Of a stretch of DNA of 64,000 nt, positions 18,217-29,850 are shown piece after piece. The DNA lies in assembly GCA_964534625.1 (NCBI GenBank), contig CAZHRF010000010.1, forward strand, positions 12,004 to 76,003, read 5' to 3'. A program made the translations under genes and the position numbers. The notes under the pieces are model-generated. The model was not told where the DNA came from. It made no database searches and was given only the letters and a program-made list of their open reading frames with translations. Each line of letters starts with the position of its first letter. Position 1 is the first letter of the stretch. Source of the DNA: an uncultured archaeon. GTDB lineage: Archaea; Asgardarchaeota; Heimdallarchaeia; Heimdallarchaeales; Heimdallarchaeaceae.

Positions 18217-20754
18217 ATGGCAGAACAACTACCACCCGAGATAAGAGCACACAAAAATCGGATTAGCGCAGATTTATTAAGTTTCATTAGAGACATAGTC
18301 AAGAATGAATTAAACAATAATTCCTCAAAGGAGTTTGGGAGACTTTTATGGAATATTATCGAAGATCCAATGTTTCAGAAAGATGAAGAAATTCGTTATT
18401 TAGCTAGTAAAATGGCGGTAATTTTCGGACAGTATGATTTATCAGTAAAAAGTATGACTACTACAAGTCGTGGTTCATTAGTTTGGGGGGCGGTAGCTCA
18501 ATTTGAAATCGGAGAAGTAGAATATGCCATAAAAACACTTCAACAAGTAATAGATGAAGAAAATACCGACCTAGCTCCCCTTATAGAAGCCAATATCTGG
18601 ATAATTATTCTTAAATCATTGATTGGAGATCTTACAAACCTTGAACAATATAAAAAGAATCTTGATAACATCTATACTTCTCGCAGAGCTAGGGTTATAC
18701 CCAAACAATTTAAAGTACTTAAAGACTTTGTAGAAGGGATCATTTCCCTTAATTCTATCAATAGTATTAGTGGCTATCAAAAAATAGAAGAATTTGAAAG
18801 ACACTGTGCCAATCAAAAAGAAAATTTTTGGCAACTTTATGCTTTACTTATTATGGGAGAACACAAATTAGAAGCTGCTGATTTTTATACAGCGGAAATT
18901 ATCTATAAAAAAGCTGCAAAACTAGCATACAAATTGGCAAATACAACACTTCAACAGGCTGCAGAAGTAGGTAGAATTCATAATCTTTATTTAAGGGGGA
19001 TGTTAAAAGAAGCAAATCTAGCTTCACAATTAACAATTAGTAAATTAGAAGGTAAATCTCAATATCATTTAGCTCGAGCTCACCTATTGAGAGGGTATAT
19101 TCTATCTAAGCTTGGACAACACTTGAAAGCAAGAGAACACTTTGAATATGCTAGTCTTTTAACTTTAAAATATAATGATATCAATAAAACGCTTCAAGCT
19201 ATGCTAGCAAAAGCTGAAGACTATATTAGTACAAATGAATTGAATGAAGCAAGTAAAATTTACGATAAAGCTTACAACATGGTTCTTAATATTTCGGATA
19301 AAAAACAGTTCATTCAAGCTCTCGTTAAAATTGTCAAAGGCGATTATCATCAAGGTAAAATAGATAGTGCATATGAAAAAATCAACAAGATAGAAACGAT
19401 GTCAGAAGAAATCCTCTATCAAAAAGGAAAAACTGATGCTTTACGATTAAGAGCACAAATTAATATTGAGAAAAACATCGATATCAAAAAGCAGATTGAC
19501 ACATTAAAGGCATGTAAATTTTTGTATTTAGAGATAGGCGATGTCGTCTCCAGTGCTAATTGTGATATTATTTTAGCCAAAACATATATTCATGTATCCA
19601 AAATTGACCAAGCACAAATGCATCTTAAAAAGGCAAAAGACTATTTCATTAAGGTATCAGATAACATCCGAATTGCAGAAATCAAAGAACTGGAAACAGA
19701 ATTCGATGTTATCAAGGGTAGATATGATGAAGCCCTGGTAAAATTGAGATCATCTTATACTCGACATTCAGATGTTTTCAATAAAAGTGGCAAATCTAGA
19801 TGTTTAAGGAAAATAGGCGATGTTCTGGCGTTAAAAGGGAATGTAGATGATGCTCTTACTAGATATAAAAGAGTTGAGAGAGAGTTAGTACGATCTAATC
19901 AAATAAATGATGAGACTTTTATAACAAGAATTAACATTGCCAGAATTTACACATATAAAGGCGAGTATAGTAAAACCAAAGAAATACTTTCAAAAATACA
20001 AAATTCATTGAAAGAAGAAGATAAAGGATTAATAAAAATAAAAAAACAAATACTAGATAGAGAAAAAGGGCTAGTAGCATTGAGACAAGGGAAGATGGAT
20101 GTCTTATATGATATTATTTCCTCATTGAAGAGTAAAAAAAGCATATCATCAACAAACCATTTAATAGAGAAATTGTATGAAGCTCTTTACTTTTATGAAG
20201 TTGGCGAAAAAGAAAAAAGTCAAGGACTTTTTAACAATTTATTAGCTGAATCTGTTGATAAACCTGACAGAGTCTCATCCACTTTTGTTTTCCTTTATTA
20301 TTTGGATAATTATTTGAAAGAACACGAACAAAAATTTAATGATGAGAATGTATTAGAACAATTTGAATCTTACATTGGTATGCTCAAAAGCTTAGCAAAA
20401 AACATCAATTTTTACCAAATTTATGGCATAACTCAATTACTTGAAATAGCTCTCGAAGTTTTAAAGGATAATCAAGATGAAGTTTTTGCATTAATTAATA
20501 GTGCCTCTGAATATTTCAGTCAAACAGGAATCGAAACTACAAATAATTTAATATTAAATGTACAGTACAATGTTAACAAATGGTTAGGCACAAATAATCA
20601 AATTATAGACAAATATTTCAAAACACCAGTTAATTTTGAGAGTCCAGTTGAATTATTACAATACGCATTAAATATTGGTAAAGACATAATTTGTTTGGAG
20701 AAAATAAGGTATACTAAAAACGAGATTACAGACATTCCATTTAGTGCTTTTTAG
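18217..20754 (+). CDS. Large tetratricopeptide-repeat protein
   Basis: 845-aa alpha-solenoid with repeated G-x-x-x-x-A...Y/F-x-x-A patterns; GAGGAG RBS. Confidence 0.8.
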   Translation: MAEQLPPEIRAHKNRISADLLSFIRDIVKNELNNNSSKEFGRLLWNIIEDPMFQKDEEIRYLASKMAVIFGQYDLSVKSMTTTSRGSLVWGAVAQFEIGEVEYAIKTLQQVIDEENTDLAPLIEANIWIIILKSLIGDLTNLEQYKKNLDNIYTSRRARVIPKQFKVLKDFVEGIISLNSINSISGYQKIEEFERHCANQKENFWQLYALLIMGEHKLEAADFYTAEIIYKKAAKLAYKLANTTLQQAAEVGRIHNLYLRGMLKEANLASQLTISKLEGKSQYHLARAHLLRGYILSKLGQHLKAREHFEYASLLTLKYNDINKTLQAMLAKAEDYISTNELNEASKIYDKAYNMVLNISDKKQFIQALVKIVKGDYHQGKIDSAYEKINKIETMSEEILYQKGKTDALRLRAQINIEKNIDIKKQIDTLKACKFLYLEIGDVVSSANCDIILAKTYIHVSKIDQAQMHLKKAKDYFIKVSDNIRIAEIKELETEFDVIKGRYDEALVKLRSSYTRHSDVFNKSGKSRCLRKIGDVLALKGNVDDALTRYKRVERELVRSNQINDETFITRINIARIYTYKGEYSKTKEILSKIQNSLKEEDKGLIKIKKQILDREKGLVALRQGKMDVLYDIISSLKSKKSISSTNHLIEKLYEALYFYEVGEKEKSQGLFNNLLAESVDKPDRVSSTFVFLYYLDNYLKEHEQKFNDENVLEQFESYIGMLKSLAKNINFYQIYGITQLLEIALEVLKDNQDEVFALINSASEYFSQTGIETTNNLILNVQYNVNKWLGTNNQIIDKYFKTPVNFESPVELLQYALNIGKDIICLEKIRYTKNEITDIPFSAF

Positions 20755-21547
20755 GAGTAGAAACATAGTCGTAAGAAAGTTCATTTACCTTCTTATCAAT
20801 AAAGGATAGTACAAGTTGCTTTATTTGCTGTATTTCTTCGTTTTCTGGTAATAAGGCTGTTATTCGTTCTATAACTCCAGATTCTTGTAACAATTTAAAC
20901 GAATAATTAAAATGCAAATTGAAGACCCAGCTCATATGTAATAGCTTTAACTCTAAAATTGTTTCAATTTGATTATAGGCTATAGTATTTCCCTTTATTA
21001 CATGATTAATAATCTCCTTAGAGCATTTATTTTCATTTTTATAATTCAAGGTTATATAATCATCATTTTCAGGTGACTCATAATTTTCAGCTAAAATTCT
21101 CCAAATGTCTAATTTATCTGCATCTCTAATCATGCGGCAGAAAAGAAATTGTATATTGGAAAGCCCTTTACTTGGTAAATCTTTGACATTATGCAACAGT
21201 ATAGCTCGAAGAATGATACTTCTCTTTTTATAATTAAGGAAACCGAGTAAACGATTGCTTTTTAGGATGTTTACACTTAATTCTGCATGATTTACTGATA
21301 ATGTATCATCGAATGTTTTATAGGTTTTAAATTGTTGAAATCTTCCGACATCATGAAATAATCCTATGATATTAGCCATGAATTTTTCTTCACCATAAAG
21401 CCCTAGCCCTTTTGCTAATTTTTCCATATTACTTTTAACAATGAAAGAATGTTTTTCTTTTAAAAGTATGTTTCTTTGAATTACTGGATCAGTACTGTAA
21501 AATTGTTTGACATAATTAGAAAATATCTCGTCTATATCTAATCCCAT
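20741..21547 (-). CDS. HD-domain phosphohydrolase
   Basis: KEKHS, GLFHDVGRF, NHAELS, HN, RDADKLDI. Confidence 0.9.
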   Translation of the reverse strand: MGLDIDEIFSNYVKQFYSTDPVIQRNILLKEKHSFIVKSNMEKLAKGLGLYGEEKFMANIIGLFHDVGRFQQFKTYKTFDDTLSVNHAELSVNILKSNRLLGFLNYKKRSIILRAILLHNVKDLPSKGLSNIQFLFCRMIRDADKLDIWRILAENYESPENDDYITLNYKNENKCSKEIINHVIKGNTIAYNQIETILELKLLHMSWVFNLHFNYSFKLLQESGVIERITALLPENEEIQQIKQLVLSFIDKKVNELSYDYVSTPKKH

Positions 21548-21670
21548 AAAAATCTACCCAGAAGATTTAGCCATCAAAGTCTTGATTCAACCTATTATCT
21601 TGATGTATTAAGTATTTCTCAATTATCATCGTTCAAAACAAGAAAAAAATCATTTAAAAATGATAATGGA

Positions 21671-22933
21671 TCACAATAATTGTCCAATATCATTTCTATA
21701 AAAAATTTTACCTTCTATTTTAGGTACATTTTCATATGCCTTTTCTCTTGCCTTATCAAGTGTATTCCCCTCACCTACTATTGCCAATGCGCGACTCGTA
21801 GTTGTTCTTATCTTTTGTTTATCTCTATACACAGATGCAAAATATAGCTCATTTTTAAGGTCAAAAGGTATTTTCAAGTCATTATTAGGTTCGGGTTTAG
21901 TAGGATACCCTTTTGGAACGACATACACACACACAGTTGCTCTTTTCTCAAATTCGATTTCTACAAGATTATTTTCTAATATACTTTTGCAGATAGTATT
22001 AAAACCCGTTTTCAGTAGTTTCAAAACATTTATCGCTTCTGGATCACCAAATCGTACATTAAACTCTATTAAATATATGCCTTTTTCATTTTTCATAAAT
22101 TGTCCATATAATATCCCCTTGTAAGCAATACCCGTTTCCTCTTTAATTGCTTTAATAGTATGTCTAAGAATAGACATTGCTTTCGCCATGTCCTTCTCGT
22201 CTATAAAAGGCAAATTATGGGCAGGTAAAGAATATGAACCCATGCTTCCAGTATTTGGGCCTTGTTCATTATCATAAGCACGTTTGTAATCACGAACAAG
22301 GGGCATTATTTGAAGGTTTTTTCCGTCTGTAAAAGCTTGTAAAGAAAACTCTTTTCCTATAACTTTCTCCTCAATTAAAAAGGAAGCGTGTTTTTCTAGT
22401 ACTTGTTCCGCATATTTCACTAACGCTTCTTTTGTTTGAAAATGATCTCCGTAAACTTTTACTCCTTTTCCTCCAGTTAAACCATCAGGTTTAATAGCAA
22501 CTTCTAATCCTAGTTTGTCAATAGCTGTATCCAGCATAGATAGATTATTACAAACAAAAAAGTTGGGATTACCATTTATTGAATGTTTTTTGAGTAACTC
22601 ACGTGCAAAAACTTTACTAGTTTCTATTTTTGCTACAGATTTCCTTGGACCACACGTAGGTATGTGTAATTTATCCTCAAGATAATCAACTATCCCTTCT
22701 GCCAATGGTGCTTCTGGACCAATAAAGGCATAATCTATATTTTCCATAAAACCACAATTTTTCAAACATTCAAAATTGTTTAAATCATCAATGACATATT
22801 CATTTGACAGATTGGCTATTCCCGGATTTTCTCTTGACATGAATGAATACAATACTCCATTATCCTCTACTATTTTTTTAGCTACTGCATGCTCTCTTGC
22901 TCCATTTCCTACCAATAATACTCTATATACCAT
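21671..22933 (-). CDS. purD: Phosphoribosylamine-glycine ligase
   Basis: VGNGAREHA, IGPEAPL, KPDGLTGGKGV, DYKRAYD..GPNTGSMG, EFNVRFGDPE. Confidence 0.97.
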   Translation of the reverse strand: MVYRVLLVGNGAREHAVAKKIVEDNGVLYSFMSRENPGIANLSNEYVIDDLNNFECLKNCGFMENIDYAFIGPEAPLAEGIVDYLEDKLHIPTCGPRKSVAKIETSKVFARELLKKHSINGNPNFFVCNNLSMLDTAIDKLGLEVAIKPDGLTGGKGVKVYGDHFQTKEALVKYAEQVLEKHASFLIEEKVIGKEFSLQAFTDGKNLQIMPLVRDYKRAYDNEQGPNTGSMGSYSLPAHNLPFIDEKDMAKAMSILRHTIKAIKEETGIAYKGILYGQFMKNEKGIYLIEFNVRFGDPEAINVLKLLKTGFNTICKSILENNLVEIEFEKRATVCVYVVPKGYPTKPEPNNDLKIPFDLKNELYFASVYRDKQKIRTTTSRALAIVGEGNTLDKAREKAYENVPKIEGKIFYRNDIGQLL

Positions 22934-22934
22934 C

Positions 22935-24329
22935 TTATGCACCTTCATAATGACTTCTTGACTTTAACTCCCCATTCAAATATTTTATCCGTATCTCTTC
23001 AGCATATGGAGTGGGGTAGCTCCCTGACAAACAAGCTGTACAGAGATCAGTATTTTTTATTGCTTTTTTTAGATCTTCTATTTTTTGATAATAAATATTA
23101 TCTACATTAAGAATCTTCTTTATTTCTTCTAATGTATTACCAGAACCAATTAATTCTTTATCTGATGTAATATCAATACCATAATAACAAGGATATCTTA
23201 CCGCGGGGCAGGTTACTCCAAAAAAAATCTTTTTTGCTCCCATTGCTCTCAAGTCAGCTACAATCTTTTTGCTTGTAACTCCCCTTACAATTGAATCATC
23301 TATAACAAGAATATTTTTATCCTTAATAAAAGAAGGAATATATAAATACTTCCTTTTGGCCGCTTTAGAGCGTTCTTTATCACTTTTCATAATGAACGTT
23401 CTCTGAAGATATCTGTTTTTGATTATTGCCTCTCTTACTGGTATGTTCAAAACTTCAGATAAACCTTGACAAGCGGGACGAGAGGTATCTGGTACAGGGA
23501 CAAGATAATCGAGATCTAAATTGTCTTCTTTTATCCGCTCTCCTAGTATTTTACCTAATACGATCCTTGCTTGATAAACAAGTCTTCCCTCAATAATTGA
23601 AGTTGGGTTAGCAAAGTAAACATATTCAAACATACAATGAGCATGATCCCGAATTAACTTTTGTTCTTTTTCTTCATGTTTAGTAAAAAGGATAAGCTCA
23701 CCAGGATTTACATCCCTAAAATGCATTATACCCATATTCTGAAGTACAACGCTTTCGGAGGCTGCGATAGTGAGTTTTGCATTTCTACCTATAACCAAAG
23801 GTCTTATACCTCGAGGATCCCGAAACGTGAATATTTGATCATTTAATATGCCAATTATAGAATAACTCCCATCAACCAATTCCATAAAGGTTTTTACTGC
23901 TTGAGATAAATTCCCCTCACTACTATCAATTTGTTTTCCCAAGTAATCGACAATAAAATTCGCATCACATTCATATCTTTTGTCTGATAATTGGCTAATA
24001 TTAGCTATATTCCCATTATGAACAATGCCTAATATACCATACTTAGTTTTTTTTACAAAAGGTTGAGCATAAAGATCAATGTTACTACTATCTGTACGAG
24101 TACCATAAGTAGGATAACGCGTTGATCCAATAACTTGATTTACTTGTTCTGATTCATCGATGTTTAATAAATCAGGATATCCATCTACTTTAGTAACCTT
24201 TATTTTGTTTTTACTGTTGTGGTTCCAAGCAAGACCAGATGCATCTTGTCCTCTATGGGTTAACATTTGTAAGAGGATCCTAGCTTGTCCGAGTGTAGTT
24301 GAACCTTTTATCCCTAAAACACCACACAT
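22935..24329 (-). CDS. purF: Amidophosphoribosyltransferase (Fe-S type)
   Basis: N-terminal MCG, HRGQD, HNGN, RDPRGIRPL, CMFEYVYF, DDSIVRG, CYYGID, CTAC. Confidence 0.97.
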   Translation of the reverse strand: MCGVLGIKGSTTLGQARILLQMLTHRGQDASGLAWNHNSKNKIKVTKVDGYPDLLNIDESEQVNQVIGSTRYPTYGTRTDSSNIDLYAQPFVKKTKYGILGIVHNGNIANISQLSDKRYECDANFIVDYLGKQIDSSEGNLSQAVKTFMELVDGSYSIIGILNDQIFTFRDPRGIRPLVIGRNAKLTIAASESVVLQNMGIMHFRDVNPGELILFTKHEEKEQKLIRDHAHCMFEYVYFANPTSIIEGRLVYQARIVLGKILGERIKEDNLDLDYLVPVPDTSRPACQGLSEVLNIPVREAIIKNRYLQRTFIMKSDKERSKAAKRKYLYIPSFIKDKNILVIDDSIVRGVTSKKIVADLRAMGAKKIFFGVTCPAVRYPCYYGIDITSDKELIGSGNTLEEIKKILNVDNIYYQKIEDLKKAIKNTDLCTACLSGSYPTPYAEEIRIKYLNGELKSRSHYEGA

Positions 24330-24938
24330 TTACTTTTTCACCTTAACTTTTCTATTTTTAATAATTTGTAGTTTTCCTGTTGAGAGTAGTTTAATTGCTT
24401 GAGGAAAGAGTTTATGTTCTTCTATCAATATTCTTGTAGCCAGTGATTTTTCAGTATCATTCTCTTTAACTTCAACACATTTCTGCAAAATAATTGGACC
24501 ACCATCAACAGTTTCATTCACAAAATGTACGGTACATCCACTAACTTTAACGCCATAGTCTAATGCTTGTTTTTGGGCATGAAGACCCGGAAAAGCGGGC
24601 AAAAGAGAGGGATGTATGTTTATAATTCGTCCTTCAAAGTTTCTTACAAACATCCCAGATAAAATACGCATAAAACCAGCTAAGACTATTAATTCAATAT
24701 CATTATCTTGCAAGACTTTAATTAATTCCGTATCGTATTCTTCTCGATTTTTAAAAGTTGATTGGTCAATAATTATTTTGTCTTTTTGAAATATTTTTGC
24801 ATATTGAAGTCCTTTGGCTTCTGGATTATTTGATATAACTAATTCTATACTAGCTTGACCTATCTTACCTTCCTTTTCAGCTTCTAATATTGCTTTAAGA
24901 TTTGATCCTCGACCAGAAATTAAAACTGCTGTTTTCAT
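24330..24938 (-). CDS. purN: Phosphoribosylglycinamide formyltransferase
   Basis: ISGRGSNL, LAGFMRIL, NIHPSLLP, GCTVHFV, DGGPII. Confidence 0.97.
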   Translation of the reverse strand: MKTAVLISGRGSNLKAILEAEKEGKIGQASIELVISNNPEAKGLQYAKIFQKDKIIIDQSTFKNREEYDTELIKVLQDNDIELIVLAGFMRILSGMFVRNFEGRIINIHPSLLPAFPGLHAQKQALDYGVKVSGCTVHFVNETVDGGPIILQKCVEVKENDTEKSLATRILIEEHKLFPQAIKLLSTGKLQIIKNRKVKVKK

Positions 24939-25981
24939 TATATTGACCTCTCAATTGTTACATTATAATCATTTATTTTGACAATGGGTTCATCTATTAT
25001 TGTACCCAAAGGATATGATTCAAAGTGTTTATTTAATAGAGAGAGAGCATTTTGTTCACTTTCTTCAGATACAATTACCATGAACCCTATACCCATATTG
25101 AAGGTAGTAAACATTTCTCTGTAATCTATCCTTCCAATTTGTTGTATTTCAGAAAAAATTAATGGAGGATTAGGAAAATGTTTGAATTCAAACCCTAGAT
25201 TAGTTAGTCTAAATAATTTTTTGAATCCTCCACCAGTTATATGGGCAAGACCATGGACATCACAAGAATCTAATAACTCAGATATTGCTTTAACATAAAT
25301 GCGTGTGGGTTTTAATAGTTCTTCATATAATTTTCCGCCACCCGGAATTACATCAGTTAATTTATATTTCTGTAACAACACTTTTCTAGCTAGTGTAAAA
25401 CCATTCGAATGAATACCATTACTAGAAATACCCAAGATAGAATCTCCAGTTTTAACCTTTGTTCCATCAATGATTTTACTGAGATGTACAATCCCTAGTG
25501 CAGTTCCTGCCACATCAAAACTATTTTCTTTTTCAGCTAACAACTCAGGAATAGTGGCAAGTTCTCCCCCCAAAATCGGAATAGAAGCTAACTCACAACC
25601 CTTATAGAGCCCTTTCATTATTTCTTCAGCTAACTCAACATTTAGCTCTGAAACAGCAAGGTAATCAACAAAAGCTTTAGGGATAATGCCCATAGCCAAA
25701 AGATCGTTGACATTCATAGCAACGCAATCAATACCGATAGTATCAAATTTTTTTATTTGTTGAGCTATCAGTAATTTTGTACCTACTCCATCTGTAGCCA
25801 AAGCTATACCATGATCGCCTAGTTTAATTAAATTTGCATAATGACCTTCTGCTGCAATAACATTACCAAATGCAAAAGATTTTTTTACATATTGGTTGAT
25901 CGAAGATAAAACTTTTGCTTCTTCTGATAAATCTATACCAGCTTCTGCATAACTAGAGGGGATAGGTTTTTCTTCACTCAT
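24938..25981 (-). CDS. purM: Phosphoribosylformylglycinamidine cyclo-ligase
   Basis: YAEAGID, TDGVGTK, DCVAMNVND, SNGIHSNG, HITGGG, TFNMGIG. Confidence 0.97.
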   Translation of the reverse strand: MSEEKPIPSSYAEAGIDLSEEAKVLSSINQYVKKSFAFGNVIAAEGHYANLIKLGDHGIALATDGVGTKLLIAQQIKKFDTIGIDCVAMNVNDLLAMGIIPKAFVDYLAVSELNVELAEEIMKGLYKGCELASIPILGGELATIPELLAEKENSFDVAGTALGIVHLSKIIDGTKVKTGDSILGISSNGIHSNGFTLARKVLLQKYKLTDVIPGGGKLYEELLKPTRIYVKAISELLDSCDVHGLAHITGGGFKKLFRLTNLGFEFKHFPNPPLIFSEIQQIGRIDYREMFTTFNMGIGFMVIVSEESEQNALSLLNKHFESYPLGTIIDEPIVKINDYNVTIERSI

Positions 25982-27284
25982 TCTTTGCACTCCTGTTCAA
26001 TTTGTGTATGAAACTATCAACTACTTCTGATGCTAATCCTACGTAATTCATAGGATCAAGAATATAGTCAATTTCTTCATCAGAGAAGTACTCCATAATC
26101 TGTTCATTTTGCTTAACCGCATTAGCAAAATCGCTTTCTTTTGATAATCTTTTTAGCAGGAAATGAGCTTTTTGTCTCCCAATTTTGTCACTCAGTTTAA
26201 TCATTAAGTGTTCTGCGCATTGTGCACCATCTTGATAATATAGATTATGTCTTATATTTTCAATATTGAAATTAAGAGATTTAAGTACTTTAATCATCTC
26301 AAGAATTATAAAATGGGTTAATATTGATGATTCTGACAATAAAATGCGTTCAGAACTCGAGTTAGTCAAATCTCTTTCATGTTCTAAAATAATATTCTCA
26401 AGTGCAACAGATATTCCTGATCGAATATTCCTCGCTAAACCACATATCCTCTCACTTTTTTCGGGATTCTTTTTTTGAGGCATAGTTGACGATCCAACTT
26501 GTTTTGAGATAAATGATTCTCCGATTTCATTAATTTCTGTTCTCTGCAAATTTCTTATTTCCCTTCCAAAATGAGCCAATACAGTTGCTATTAGTCCTAA
26601 AGCCATTACATATCTAGCGTGTACCACCCGGGAAACAACTTGAGTTGTTACATCTTGCTTTTTAAGATCTAGTTTATCTAAAACATACGTTTCTATCTCT
26701 TTCGTTCCATAGGATGCGTATGTACCAACAGCCCCAGATATTTTTCCATAAGCTACTTTTGCATCAATTAGTTGTTGTTTAGCTAAAAGTAATTCATTTA
26801 AAAAATTTGCAAATTTCATTCCATATGTGGTTGGAACAGCATGTTGACCATGAGTTCTGCCTATACAAACTAGATCCTTGTATTTGAGAGCTAATCTTTT
26901 TGTAACATCAACCAACTCATCTAAAGCATCTAGAATTGTTTTTCTGGCTTCTTTTAATTGTAATGCTCTTACAGTATCTTGAATATCATATGAAGTGGCC
27001 CCAAGATGTATATATCCCCCATAATCCTCACACTGTTCTGCTATAGCTAAAACAACTGCCATCATATCATGATGAATATCTGCTTCAATCTCCTTTGCCC
27101 TATCAAGTTTAACATGTTCAGGGGTACATTTCTTTTTAATAATCTTAATAGCAGCCTCAGGAATCTTTCCTGCATTATAGTTAGCCTCAGCTAATGTCTT
27201 CTCCACCAATAATTGATATTTAAATTTTCTTTTGGTAGAAAAAACCTCATTCAGACTTGTAGTATATCTTTCAATTTCAAGCAT
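25974..27284 (-). CDS. purB: Adenylosuccinate lyase
   Basis: [39 protein letters not shown]. Confidence 0.97.
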   Translation of the reverse strand: MLEIERYTTSLNEVFSTKRKFKYQLLVEKTLAEANYNAGKIPEAAIKIIKKKCTPEHVKLDRAKEIEADIHHDMMAVVLAIAEQCEDYGGYIHLGATSYDIQDTVRALQLKEARKTILDALDELVDVTKRLALKYKDLVCIGRTHGQHAVPTTYGMKFANFLNELLLAKQQLIDAKVAYGKISGAVGTYASYGTKEIETYVLDKLDLKKQDVTTQVVSRVVHARYVMALGLIATVLAHFGREIRNLQRTEINEIGESFISKQVGSSTMPQKKNPEKSERICGLARNIRSGISVALENIILEHERDLTNSSSERILLSESSILTHFIILEMIKVLKSLNFNIENIRHNLYYQDGAQCAEHLMIKLSDKIGRQKAHFLLKRLSKESDFANAVKQNEQIMEYFSDEEIDYILDPMNYVGLASEVVDSFIHKLNRSAKNE

Positions 27285-27666
27285 TCTTTTTCACGCCTAG
27301 AATTCTTAGGGCTAAATAAGCAGCATTTTGACCATTGTCTATCCCAACTGTTGCAACGGGGACACCTTTTGGCATCTGTACAATAGACAGCAATGCATCT
27401 AGACCATCTAATGCCGCTTTAACTGGGACTCCAATTACCGGTTTCTCGGTTAAAGCAGCTACAACTCCGGGTAAAGCTGCTGCAAGACCCGCTATACAAA
27501 TAAAGACTTCTCCATCAGCATTCTCTACATATTGTACTAGTTTCTTATGTTCTCTATGAGCAGAAATATAATTCACATTATATTTTACAGAATGCTCATC
27601 TAACACGTTCGTCACTTTTTCAACTATTTTTTGATCACTTTTACTTCCAGCTATTATTTCTATCAT
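27277..27666 (-). CDS. purE: AIR carboxylase family protein PurE
   Basis: [42 protein letters not shown]. Confidence 0.95.
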   Translation of the reverse strand: MIEIIAGSKSDQKIVEKVTNVLDEHSVKYNVNYISAHREHKKLVQYVENADGEVFICIAGLAAALPGVVAALTEKPVIGVPVKAALDGLDALLSIVQMPKGVPVATVGIDNGQNAAYLALRILGVKKNA

Positions 27667-27669
27667 TGT

Positions 27670-29850
27670 TTATACCTCCATGTAATTAGTAATTGCGCGT
27701 TTCCATTTCTCTTCTATACTCTTAAGGGTTATATCACCAATTTCTTCGATTTCTAGTATTGGCTTTTCTTTTGTGTCTCCCAATATTGCATAAGGAATTT
27801 TATTTGTTTCTAGTATCTCTGTAACAGCGATAATATGTTCTTCAGATACTTCAACAATATACCTCGCTGTTGATTCAGAGAATATTTTTTCTTCAAGAGA
27901 TAATTCCTTTTCGACTGGTAAATTTTTAAGAGAAACTTTTGCCCCAATACTATTTTTTATCATCATCTCACCTAAAGCTATAATTAACCCCCCTTGTGAG
28001 ATATCGTGACAACTTCTAATATATCCCATGGTTTTTAATTTCATAATACCATTTATAGAAAGTAGTTCTTTTTCTTTTTTATACAACGGAACTGGTCCTT
28101 GTAGGATTTTGTGGTTGTACCTCAAATATTCCGTTCCATCCAATCCTGTGTCTGTTTCTCCTACTACCAAAATTTTACTATTACTCTGTTGAAAATGATT
28201 TTCTATTATCTCTTCTTCATTATCAATTAGCCCCATCACACCTATGACGGGTGTTGGATTAATACGTCCTGTTTTTCCCTCTTTCATTGTTTCATTATAG
28301 AAGCTTACATTACCTCCAACTATAGGAATCTCAAAATCATGACTAAATTGACCTAATCCCTTTACTGACTCAACAAATTGCCAATAAGAATCAGATTTTT
28401 CTGGATTTCCAAAGTTCAAACAATCTACTAATGCCAATGGCCTAGCTCCTACAGCGGTTAAGTTACGTATAGCTTCCGCTGCACTATTTGCAGTACCATT
28501 ATAAGGATCTAAATAGACCATAAACGAATTACAATCTAACGTCAATGCAATGTATTTGCCATTATCTAATCTTAATACTGCAGCATCACTACCCGCTTGA
28601 ATATTGGTGTGTGTTTGAACGTGTTGATCATATTGTTGATACACCCATGATTTATCAGCGATATTGGGAGAACCAAATAATCTCAAAATTTCTTTTGTTA
28701 TGTCCCGTGCTAGAGGCAAATTCAAATCTTTTCTTTTACCTATATAATTTGGTTTCTTCATAATTCTCTTTGGTTCTGGAAAGCCATCAACTATCAAGTC
28801 AACAGGGAGGTGACTAATTTTATTACCTTTATAATAGGCAATATAATGAGAATTATCTGTCACTTCTCCAATTATTCCATAAGGAAGATCATTTTTCTTT
28901 AATATTTCTACTACTTGATTTATTTTTTGGGATGAGACAATACCTAGCATTCTTTCTTGTGACTCGGATACAAGGATCTCCCATGGTTGCATATCAGATT
29001 CACGTAAAGGAACATCTTCAAGTCGGACTATGGCTCCCGTTTTACCAGTAAACGCCATTTCTGATATAGCACAAGACAAACCCCCACCTCCCAAATCTTG
29101 CAATCCATCAAGAAGATTCTCTTCAATTAATTCTAGCGTTACATCAATTAACACTTTTTCCATTAAAGGGTCTCCAATTTGTACTGCTGGCCTTTCTTTC
29201 TGGCTTTTTTCACTCAAATCCTTTGATGCGAAAGACACCCCATGGATTCCATCTCTACCCGTCCTCGCCCCATATAACAAAATAAATTGACCGGGAGTGG
29301 TGGCTTTACTTCTGACTATTTTTTCCCTATCAACTACTCCAACACACATTACATTTACTAGACAGTTATTTTCAAAAACTGGAGCAAACTCTACTTCTCC
29401 TCCAACAGTAGGGATACCACAACAATTACCGTAAAAAGATATGCCTCTTACAACATTTTCAAATAAATACTGCGAATGCTTGGAACCAAGGTTCCCAAAT
29501 CGGATAGCATCTAAAAGTGCAATCGGCTTACATCCCTGAGACAAAACATCACGAATAATCCCGCCTACACCTGTGGAAGCACCATCATATGGGCTGATGG
29601 CGGAAGGATGATTATGGCTTTCTAATGCCAATCCAACTAAGGAATTATCACCTAAATTAATGATACCTGCCCCCTCACCTAACCCTAATTCTAAATGACG
29701 AGCTGACGTATTGAAAACATGGAACCATCGTTTTGATGATTTATATGAACAATGTTCTGACCACATAGCATCTAATATTGCAATTTCAGCTCTATTTGGT
29801 GCTCTCTTAAGTATCTTTACCACTTTTGCATGTTCTTCACTTGTTAACAT
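27670..29850 (-). CDS. purL: FGAM synthase large subunit
   Basis: MWSEHCSYKSS, ESHNHPS, GARTGRDGIHG, SESQERM, CLNFGNPE, GGNVSFYNE. Confidence 0.97.
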   Translation of the reverse strand: MLTSEEHAKVVKILKRAPNRAEIAILDAMWSEHCSYKSSKRWFHVFNTSARHLELGLGEGAGIINLGDNSLVGLALESHNHPSAISPYDGASTGVGGIIRDVLSQGCKPIALLDAIRFGNLGSKHSQYLFENVVRGISFYGNCCGIPTVGGEVEFAPVFENNCLVNVMCVGVVDREKIVRSKATTPGQFILLYGARTGRDGIHGVSFASKDLSEKSQKERPAVQIGDPLMEKVLIDVTLELIEENLLDGLQDLGGGGLSCAISEMAFTGKTGAIVRLEDVPLRESDMQPWEILVSESQERMLGIVSSQKINQVVEILKKNDLPYGIIGEVTDNSHYIAYYKGNKISHLPVDLIVDGFPEPKRIMKKPNYIGKRKDLNLPLARDITKEILRLFGSPNIADKSWVYQQYDQHVQTHTNIQAGSDAAVLRLDNGKYIALTLDCNSFMVYLDPYNGTANSAAEAIRNLTAVGARPLALVDCLNFGNPEKSDSYWQFVESVKGLGQFSHDFEIPIVGGNVSFYNETMKEGKTGRINPTPVIGVMGLIDNEEEIIENHFQQSNSKILVVGETDTGLDGTEYLRYNHKILQGPVPLYKKEKELLSINGIMKLKTMGYIRSCHDISQGGLIIALGEMMIKNSIGAKVSLKNLPVEKELSLEEKIFSESTARYIVEVSEEHIIAVTEILETNKIPYAILGDTKEKPILEIEEIGDITLKSIEEKWKRAITNYMEV

